Below are positions 37,089 through 47,119 of a stretch of 47,119 nt of DNA, in pieces. Under the pieces are notes generated by a model that was not told where the DNA came from, made no database searches, and was given only the letters and a program-made list of their open reading frames with translations. The DNA is from Octopus bimaculoides (lineage: Eukaryota), in NCBI RefSeq assembly GCF_001194135.2, contig NC_068996.1, positions 10,268,360 to 10,315,478 of the forward strand. The letters run 5' to 3'. A program made the translations under genes and the position numbers. How positions within the stretch are numbered: position 1 is the stretch's first letter; every line of letters begins with the position of its first letter.

Positions 37089-38682
37089 TATGAAATTTTC
37101 AGTTAACATAGTTTAACTCTTGTTCAACATCTTAACCAAAATAAATAGATGACTCATCGATGTACTTTGATCTTAACATGGGACTCCTGAACCGCAGGGA
37201 TTGCAGGGGCTTAGTAATGGCCCCGTTCTGGAGTCATTCTAAGGTCTGGTAAATACATGGTACCATATTCATTGCAGAGAAAGTTTAATCGAGATCGAGA
37301 CATGTCTGAAATTGTCACTTATTTGACAAAAGCAAGATCCAGTCTCTTCTGCATGTTTTCATTTAATTTTTTATCAATTCAAAATTTTCTCCCTTGCATT
37401 TCTAGATAAGAACTACCATGAACATTGTTTTTGTTTTTTTTTTCCGCCACCATCTCATTACAGATATAATTTCAACTGATTTAAAATCCATTTTGTTTCA
37501 TTACATTACTTAAGTAAAACCCACACTTAATTACACATTATCCATGCAGAAGGTAGCCCTGGCAAATTTTCCAGTCAACTGGTCACCTGTCAAACAGTCA
37601 GTCAGTAACCACAACAATAACAAACTAGCCAACCAATCAAAACACAGATTAGTAGTCATTGTAGTAGTAGTAGTGGCAACAGCGGCGGCAACAGCGGCGG
37701 CGGCAGCGGCGGCAGCAGCAGCAGTTGTTACTGTTTGAACTGTAACTACTATTTGTCTGCAGTTGCTGACTCGTCACTAAAGACATGCAAAACTTTTCTA
37801 ATTAAATGTAACTTTCTTGAAAATATTCCTGATGTTGAAAATATTGGATATAATTACGATCAACTTTGCCTCACATACTTCAGAGGTAAATAAAATCTAA
37901 CAATTATGCCAGTCTAGTGGAACCATGAGAGAGTCAAATGGAATGTTTTGCAGCCTTTGATCCAATTTTTTTGTCATTGTTGACTTTCAAATCTTGCTAT
38001 GGCCTATTTAGGTCACTGACTTAACTTTCTAACATATCTGGACCAAATATTCAACCTGCTTTAGGTTGAAACCATCCAGATCAAGCCTCTCACACCTATC
38101 CCACAATGTCATTCTAAAAGTAAACTTCTGCATCATCGAAATCCCAAAGCTATGAGATTACTTCAAACCAATGTGAATGAAGGAGTCGAGGAGTCAGAGT
38201 TGTTAAAACTGTATTGACTCTGAGAAAATGTAAAATCTAACATGATCTTGTACTAATGTGTGTGAAAGGTTCCAAGTATACAAATACTAATTTGAAATTA
38301 ATCAAATCAGACTGAAGTGCATCTAACAATTAAGACAATGAGCAGGCAGAATTGTTAGCATGTCATACAAAATGCTTAGCGGCATTTCTTCCATCTTTTA
38401 CATTCTGAGTTCAAATTCTGCAGAGGTCGACTTAGCTTTTCATCCTTTTAGGGTTGATAAAATAAGTACCAGTTGAGCACTGGGGTCGATGTTATTGACT
38501 TACCCCGCTTCTCCCAAACTTGCTGGACTTGAGGCAAAATTTGAAACCAATTTATGATTGAAACACCAGTTTAATAATGACAAATATTTTACTAAATTTT
38601 TCGTTATTTCCAAAATTAATTGAAATAAAGGTAGTATATTTCAACAGGAATAATGATAACATAAGGATAGGTTATATATCTA

Positions 38683-39228
38683 ACTCTTTTACTTGTTTCA
38701 GTCATTTGACTGTAGCCATGCTGGAGCACCGCCTTTAGTCGAGCAAGAACTTATTCTTTGTGAGCCTAGTACTTATTCTATCGGTATCTTTTGCCAAACC
38801 ACTAAGTTACAGGAACGTAAACACAACAAAATCGGTTGTCAAGTGATGTTGGGGGGACAAACATACACACACAAACATATGCACACACACATACATATAT
38901 ATACATACATACATATACATACATATATATACATACACACATATACATACATATATATACATACACACATACATATATATATACATACATACAAATACAT
39001 ATACATACATACAAATACATACATATATATACATACACACATACATATACATACATATATATACGACGGGCTTCTTTTCAGTTTCCGTCTACTAAATCCA
39101 CTCACAAGGCTTTGGTTGACCCGAGGCTATAGTAGAAGACACTTGCCCAAGGTGCCACGCAGTGGGACTGAACCCGGAACCATGTGGTTGGTAAGCAAGC
39201 TACTTACCACACAGCCACTCCTATGCCT
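38683..39228 (-). mobile_element. SINE family 1 with expanded microsatellite
   Basis: Standard tail and head; about 190-bp TACA/TA tract. Further copies at about 19490-19870 and 39450-39846. Confidence 0.9.
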
Positions 39229-41099
39229 AACTGAAAATATCTCTTTCAAAATGGTCGTTTGTTATGTTGCTTTGGGTGTTTGGACTTTTAGTTTTAACTT
39301 CGATGTATTTTAGATTATTGATAAGAGGTGAGGAAATCATGATTGTTTAGGCAATTGTTTAGACGTGAAGAGTCCATGATTGAGCAGATCTATGATCATG
39401 ACATTTGAGCTTTGACCATCCCAAACTTGATTTCAATTGAAGTTCAATTCTTTTATTCTTTCACTTGTTTCAGTTATTTGATTGTAGCCATGCTGGAGCA
39501 CCACCTTGAGGTGTTTTAGTTGAACAAATCGACCCTAGGACTTATCTCTTTAGCCTAGTACTTATTCTATTAGTGTCTTTTGCTGAACCACTAAGTCATG
39601 GGGCCCTAAACACACCAACATTGGTTGTCAAGCAGTGAAGGAAAGACAAACACAGACACACACACACATAGATACATACACACCCATGATGGGCTTCTTT
39701 CAGTTTCTGTGTACCAAATCCAGTCACAAGATTTTGGTTGGCCTGCAGCTATAGAAGACACTTGCCCAAGGTGCTACACACTGGAACTGAACCTAGAGCC
39801 ATGTGATTGGGAAGCAAGCTCCTTACCACACACCTACGCCTGCACCTAACTATATGTTCCCATGCCAAGAATCAAACCCGATTTGGTCATTTGAAGGGTA
39901 TTTGGTTGCTACTTTTAACAGGTTCAGTGACTATGTAGAAGCTTCCTCGTTGGATCATAGTTACATAGCTGGTGATAGTGGTGGCGAGACAATTTTCTTC
40001 AAGTGAGACAGCTAATCTGATTAGTATTCCTTCAGAAACATCACAGATTAACTATTTCGAATTAACTGACATAAAAAAGACACTTTATTGCTTAGATGGC
40101 TTCATTATACAAAGCAATCACAACACAAAGATTAATATGAACATTTGAGAAATAGAATGACTTGAGAAAATGATTACAGGCTAGAAGCTCTTAGCTGATG
40201 GCTGCTAATGCTGAAAAGACAAGTTGGCTATACTGACAGGTGATAAGGATGCAAAATACATAATAAAGCCATAAAAATCAGAGGAAATTAACCACTGAAG
40301 GTCTGTGTGGGCAAAAGTGTAAAATATATGATGGATCATAAAGTTAACAATCTCGTGGTTGGAATGGTTGAGGCATGTACAGCACCAGACCACTAAATGT
40401 TAAGGACTGAATAAATTCAAACCATTTTGTTAATGAGATCATTTTCATGCTGAGCTAACTGGCATGAGACTTAGAGGTAGACCAAGAATGAGATGATAGG
40501 ATAATATCTATAATCTCAATTACGTTATGCTTGGGAATCCAACCAGAAAGTCTAAAGATGATTGCTTCTGAGAAGACCTTATGGAGGAAATCTACCCTTA
40601 CAACCCTCCAACCCTCCTGGGAATAGGGGACAGAAAAGATGGATCATTGTTATTGTTTAGTATTTTCTGTTTCTACTCAATTTGTACTGCTTGTAAAGTT
40701 AGTCATTGGCTTTTTTTTTTTTGGTAAATTTACAAGGTACCATAGAGTTGGCAATCAACTTTAGTCTTCATAATGCTAAGTAGGTTAGAGATAAAATCTC
40801 CACTTGGATACAATGTTGAACTATCACAAGTTGTTTCTTTTCTCATGGAAGGAATTAAAAACAACACTTGCAAGTTACACTTTACAGTCACTATTGTTTA
40901 TAATATATTACACTTATAGATAGTGGAGATGAGGTATCCAGGTGGCCCTCTCAAAGAGGGAGAAAATAATAAATGGTATACTAACAAAGTGATACAATCA
41001 TGAGATTGTTGGATAAAATTACATGGTAGTATTTAGTTACATACATTTACACCCTTGGTGAATTCAAATACCACCAAGGCTAACTTTGCAGTTCATTCT

Positions 41100-41147
<48 letters not shown>

Positions 41148-41333
41148 CTGCTTGTTTTTAGTCTACCATGAAAACATGGGTAGCATTGGGAAATATTACC
41201 TTGCTTGGAAAATAGGTAATGGTTGGTGACAGGAAGGGTAACCATCTGTAGAAAATCTGCCTTGTCAAATTCTATCTGACCCATGCAAGCAGAGAGAAGT
41301 GGCCATTAAAAAATAATAAAGATGAGACTTAAA

Positions 41334-42050
41334 TCATCATCATCATCATCGTCTAATGTCCACTTTCCATGCTAGCATGGGTTGGACGATTTGACTGAGG
41401 ACTGGCAAGCCAGAAGGCTGCACCAGGCTCCAATCTGATCTGGCAGAGTTTCTACGGCTGGATGCCCTTCCTAACACCAACCACTCCGAGAGTGTAGTGG
41501 GTTGCTTTTACGTGCCACCAGCATGAGGGCCAGTCAGGAGGTACTGGCAACAGCCACGCTCAAAAAGGTGTTTTTTACGTGCCACCTGCATGGGAGCCAG
41601 TCCAGTGGCACTGGCAACAACCTCGCTCAAATGATTTTCTAACGTGCCACCAGCACAAGTGCTAGAAGGCAACACTGGTAACGATTACGCTCAAATGGTG
41701 CTATTTACGNNNNNNNNNNNNNNNNNNNNNNNNNNNNNNNNNNNNNNNNNNNNNNNNNNNNNNNNNNNNNNNNNNNNNNNNNNNNNGCTGCTCTGGCAAT
41801 GAACACGTTCGACAGTGCTGTTAGTGCTCCACTGGCGCGGTGACCAGTCATCGAGTATGGCTCAATTACGATTTCACTTGCCCCAACAGGTCTTTGCAAG
41901 CCGAGTTTAGTGTCCAATGAAGGAGAGGTTGGCATGGGTGCCAGTCGTTGGATTTGGTTCGATTTCGATTTCAGATTTCAAACTCCTAATTCACTTGCCT
42001 CAACAGGTCTTCAAAAGCAGGGTTTTTAGCGTCCAATGAAGTAAAGATAC
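41334..42050 (-). mobile_element. RTE LINE 3' UTR copy (gapped)
   Basis: (cat)n-cgtctaatgtccactttccatgctagcatggg start; parallels 6016-6640. Confidence 0.85.
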
Positions 42051-42981
42051 GGATTAGTGAGCTGGCTACACTTCTGGCAGGGATCACAGATTATGCTCTC
42101 ACTTGCCTTGTGAGAGTTTGCCTTGCCAAACTTGAATAAGGTTCAAGTTTGCCTTGCCAGACTTGAATAAGGTCTGGAAATCAGTTAAGACTTTGTTTTC
42201 CTTCTACAGAGAAATGGTTAAATTTGCCACAATAATAGTCTTTTACTTACTTCAGTTATCGACTGCAGCCATGCTGGAGGACTGCCTTGGAGGGTTTTTA
42301 GTCAAACAAATCAACCCAAACAACTAACTTCTTAAGCCTAGTCATTATTCTATCAATTTCGTTTGCTGAACTGCTAAGTTATGGGGACATAAATACATCA
42401 ACACCAGTTGTCAAGTGGTGGTGGAGGGGGGAGGCGAACAATCACAGAAACAAAGACACACACATGTATGTATGTATGTCATTATTCAGTTTATTTCAAG
42501 ATTTCTTGCCAAAAGAGAAAGAACAGGTTTTTAACCTAGATCCAAGGTTCCTTCATTGGAATTTCAACATCAACAATTGTGTATTTTTGTTTGTAAGACT
42601 GTGCAGATTTGTATGTTTTATGTATGCATTCCCATGCATATAGGTACATATCTAGACATGCTCTATGTATGTATGTATGTATGTATGTATGTATGTATGT
42701 ATGTATGTATGTATGTATGTATGTATGTATGTATGTATGTATGTATGTATGTATGTATGTATGCATGTGTGTGTGTGTGTGTACGTATGTCTGTCAGTAT
42801 GTATGCTTCCATATATGTATATATGTATGTATGTCATTCAGTTTATTTCAAAATTTCTTGTCAAGAGAGAAAGAACCAGTTTCTAACCAAGATCCAAGAC
42901 TCCTTCATTAGAATTTCAACATCAACAACAGGGCATTTTTGTATGTATGTACTCTCATGCATATAGTTACATATCTTTGCT

Positions 42982-44510
42982 GTGGAAAATGGAGTAAAGC
43001 AGGGAGACCTTGACGCACCCACCCTCTTTGCAATATACTTTGCCGTTGTGGTGTCACATTCCTTTCAAAACTCTGAGGAGGGTATCTACATAAAATATCG
43101 AACAACGGGGAATGTTTTTAATTTGACCCGACTGAAGTTTAAAACGAAGGTTTTTACTTCACTTATTAGGGAACTTTTGTATGCTGACGATTGCGATCTG
43201 GTTAGTCATTCTGAATCGGGTCTGCAATCCCTTGTATCTGCATTTGATGCAGCTTGTGATGATTTTGGCCTGACCATCAATCTGAAAAAAACAGTTGTAA
43301 TGTATCAACCTGCATATGGTGCTGTTTGTAACTCCCCTAAAATTTTTGTTAAGGGAAAGTTNNNNNNNNNNNNNNNNNNNNNNNNNNNNNNNNNNNNNNN
43401 NNNNNNNNNNNNNNNNNNNNNNNNNNNNNNNNNNNNNNNNNNNNNNNNNNNNNNNNNNNNNNNNNNNNNNNNNNNNNNNNNNNNNNNNNNNNNNNNNNNN
43501 NNNNNNNNNNNNNNNNNNNNNNNNNNNNNNNNNNNNNNNNNNNNNNNNNNNNNNNNNNNNNNNNNNNNNNNNNNNNNNNNNNNNNNNNNNNNNNNNNNNN
43601 NNNNNNNNNNNNNNNNNNNNNNNNNNNNNNNNNNNNNNNNNNNNNNNNNNNNNNNNNNNNNNNNNNNNNNNNNNNNNNNNNNNNNNNNNNNNNNNNNNNN
43701 NNNNNNNNNNNNNNNNNNNNNNNNNNNNNNNNNNNNNNNNNNNNNNNNNNNNNNNNNNNNNNNNNNNNNNNNNNNNNNNNNNNNNNNNNNNNNNNNNNNN
43801 NNNNNNNNNNNNNNNNNNNNNNNNNNNNNNNNNNNNNNNNNNNNNNNNNNNNNNNNNNNNNNNNNNNNNNNNNNNNNNNNNNNNNNNNNNNNNNNNNNNN
43901 NNNNNNNNNNNNNNNNNNNNNNNNNNNNNNNNNNNNNNNNNNNNNNNNNNNNNNNNNNNNNNNNNNNNNNNNNNNNNNNNNNNNNNNNNNNNNNNNNNNN
44001 NNNNNNNNNNNNNNNNNNNNNNNNNNNNNNNNNNNNNNNNNNNNNNNNNNNNNNNNNNNNNNNNNNNNNNNNNNNNNNNNNNNNNNNNNNNNNNNNNNNN
44101 NNNNNNNNNNNNNNNNNNNNNNNNNNNNNNNNNNNNNNNNNNNNNNNNNGTGCACAGTCTGTGACAGACCATGTCTGTCCTTGGCTGGCCTCAAATCTCA
44201 CCTGCGAACCCATGGAAAACAAACCTCACCCAGCTATTCTGATTATATGTCTGTGCACACGTTTGAATGTGGTGTGTGCCAGAGGGTTTGCAAATCCAAT
44301 GGGGGTCTTAAAAGACATGTTAGGATCCACAATGAGCAGAACTTACTTGCAGGTATTCGTAGTGCAAATCAGAGGTGCAATCTGTGTGGGTGTTTTTTCA
44401 AAACACTGTCTGGTTTAAAAAGCCACATCAGACGCCATGAACGGGCTAAGGTGTAGGTGCAGGAGGTGGTCAAACTCTGTTTAAGGAGTAGACAACCACC
44501 ATGTATGTAC
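42982..44510 (+). mobile_element. RTE (BovB-like) LINE, 5'-truncated, RT plus three C-terminal C2H2 fingers
   Basis: GVKQGDLDAPTLF, RELLYADDCDL, GLTINLKKT before gap 43362-44149. After the gap, the frame 44151-44456 carries three CX2CX12HX3H motifs. Short (ATGT) tail at about 44501. Confidence 0.85.
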
Positions 44511-46004
44511 AAGACAAAAAAGAGTAAAGAACACCCAATAATAAAGGCAGGGTGAAATGCAAAATTTTATTCGAAGCAGTAAAACATTACAAGTGATTGC
44601 CATCCACCACTCTAAGCGATTTCTTTTAGCACATTGGTTTAAGCAGATTACTGAAGGCTATAAATGTTTTCTGAACCTTTTTGAACATGGCTATAATGTT
44701 TGGCTGAAGTTAAGGGAAGCCAACTTCGTGTGCTGATAATACCTACTGAGGCAAGAACACATCTTCACATCAGCCAACTTGTCTCCAAGTCAAAAAAGAA
44801 AAGAAAAGAAGTGAGCTGTCTTTTCATTACTGGCATATCAATGCTGGAGATTTCTCCATTCTTGAGATTATCTCCCCCTTCTTGTTCAGAGTTGGTCACA
44901 ACTGCCACCAGGCATTTGTTTACCTTCTCTCGAAGTGAAGATAATACCAAATAATTTCAGATAAATCGTTAATTTATCAGTATATCTTTATTCATTCTTG
45001 TTGTACAAACTCCTGCCTGCTGATTTTATACATGCACAACACAATATATATATACATGAGAGGGGGGGCGCTGATAAACACTATGCACAAAACTCTTGAC
45101 CCTTTATTGTGTGTGTGTGTGTGCGCGCGCGCGGTTTCTAAAGTTTCTTGTCTTTGAAATTCTACTGAAAAAGTCATTAGCCAATCCGATGCTATGGTAG
45201 AAGACGCTTGCCCAAGACAGAAACACTGCAAGATCAAATCCAGGACTACAATATCAGGTATTTGCACCTATACTTAGTTGACAAGGAATGACACTTTCGT
45301 TAATATTCGACAACAAAATGTAGTTTCTCGATTGAAAATTCCCGGTTAACTGACATAAAAACACGAATAAGTAAATAACACTTATAAAAGAAATTTGCAA
45401 TATCGTTTTTTTTTCTTTTCAAAGACTTAAATAATTATTTATTTATTTAAATATCTATTCATTTACATTTCCTTCTTTCGTTTAATGTGAATTCCAAAGG
45501 GCGGGAAATATAAATTATTTTAAACAAAAATAAGATAAACTTTGGGAAGTATACCCACATAAGTTTCACTAAGGGGTGGAAAAAAAAACTCGGAGGTCAA
45601 GGTAATTCATTCAACAACCAAAAAAACGTAATTCATTTAATGAAAAAAAAAAAANNNNNNNNNNNNNNNNNNNNNNNNNNNNNNNNNNNNNNNNNNNNNN
45701 NNNNNNNNNNNNNNNNNNNNNNNNNNNNNNNNNNNNNNNNNNNNNNNNNNNNNNNNNNNNNNNNNNNNNNNNNNNNNNNNNNNNNNNNNNNNNNNNNNNN
45801 NNNNNNNNNNNNNNNNNCCAGGGTTTGTAGCACATTAGGTACTTGATTCCACGCCAACAATCCAAGTCTCTTTTTTTTTCTTAGTGAAACTCGTGCGGGT
45901 GTGTACTTCTCCAAATTTACCAACAAAAATAATTATTGAGTCAGCTTTCCTAACATAGAAGAAAGTATAACTTCCACAATTGTAAATAAGAAAAGAAATG
46001 AATA

Positions 46005-46037
<33 letters not shown>

Positions 46038-46896
46038 TGTGTGTGTGTGTGTGTATGTTTCTGTGCGTATGTGTATGCGTGGGGACGAGCGTGGAGATAT
46101 GTTATTGTGTTCAGTGATTATATTCAGTAAATTAAAGAAAAAGTTGTTGAGCTAGCAGGTCAGTTTCATAACATAAATATGCAACTTCACGGTTGGCGAC
46201 TTTGAATATTGACAATAACAAAGAAAAAAGAAAAGAATGAAAGAAAGAAAGAAAGAAAGAAAGAAAGAAAAGGGGAAAAAAAGAAAAAAGTATTTTTGCT
46301 TGGGTGAGAGTTAAGAGCCAATGAAAACTTGTCTGTGCGCTATCACTTCACATATCAGAAATAACAGCTGAATAATATCTTCTTCGAATCTCACAAATAC
46401 CAAAGAAGGGGATATGTTGAATAACCTATCCTTAACATGGTGTCTGATAATTAAAAAAAAGGGGGGGGGGGCAAATATTCTGCTCAATACCACAGATTTG
46501 CTTGTCAGTTATTTGACTTTAACCAGTTGGGTATGTCCCTTGGTGGCTGACGATATGTGCATCTCTGATCATAAGCAGAAGTAGTGGGGGGAATATCATA
46601 GCCATGTGTTGAGAGGAATTCTTTGGGGTTTGGATAATTCTTATAATTATTATTATTCAAATTCTGCCGAGGTTGACTTTGCCTTTTGAGGTTGTTAAAA
46701 TAAGTACCAGTAAAACACTAGGGTCGATGTAATCGATTAGTCTCCCACCCCACGCAAAATTTCAGGCCTTGTGGCTCGACTTTGCCTTTCATCCGTTCAG
46801 GTTCGATAAATTAAGTACCAGTGAAACACTGGGATCGATGTAAAAATGGTTGTCCTTGTGGCAAAATTTGAAACGATTATTATCATTATTATCATT

Positions 46897-47119
46897 GACG
46901 ACGTTCTCGGGGAAACTCTAGGCGTCGAGGATAATCAGCTAAGCAGTCTGTTCAGGAGAACTTTCGGGCCGGGGCCCATGGATAATTTCCAAAGGTCCCT
47001 CGCCTGGCAGTGCTACCGAGGTGCGCTACCTGTTCGAGATAAACTCTACCGACATGGAAGTGCCGTCAACCGGGCCTGCCCGAGGTGCGCTCAGGACGAC
47101 GAAACCGTTCTGCACGCAC
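46897..47119 (+). mobile_element. Tx1/L1-type LINE ORF2 C-terminal fragment (zf-RVT)
   Basis: Open frame ...FQRSLAWQCYRGALPVRDKLYRHGSAVNRACPRCAQDDETVLHA runs off the window; abrupt rise in GC. Confidence 0.8.

Noticed and set aside
37661-37724. GC-rich (GTA)n/(GCG,GCA)n tract giving a poly-Ala ORF (37544..37738)
   Set aside because: No convincing splice sites or homology; low-complexity repeat in an intron.
44765-44950. 61-aa minus-strand ORF as Rab35 exon 1
   Set aside because: No KLLIIGDS-like motif in any frame.

Overview
AT-rich eukaryotic genomic DNA with about ten N-gaps. The SINE, LINE and microsatellite content looks like an octopod cephalopod (Octopus); this is inferred from repeat families I recognise. 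One host gene is supported: a Rab35 small GTPase on the minus strand. Four internal coding exons are visible (34687-34737, 25379-25502, 20441-20565, 14556-14680; 51/124/125/125 nt), all with canonical GT-AG ends and matching phases. The first and last coding exons are not visible and may lie in gaps. The rest is mostly transposon-derived: RTE LINEs and their truncated 3' UTR copies, a Tx1/L1-type fragment, a DD37E (TRT-like) Tc1 element, a deleted mariner, TTAA- and TA-flanked MITEs, an LTR-like insert and many tRNA-derived SINEs. The main discovery is three unrelated fold-back elements inside Rab35 introns (16.7 kb, 32.3-33.1 kb, 34.1-34.4 kb), each carrying type I hammerhead ribozyme motifs. 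One is a ~342-348 bp tandem unit resembling a non-LTR retrozyme and two look Penelope-like. In all three, the copy on the Rab35-transcribed strand is crippled. All structures were folded by eye; nothing was computed or searched.
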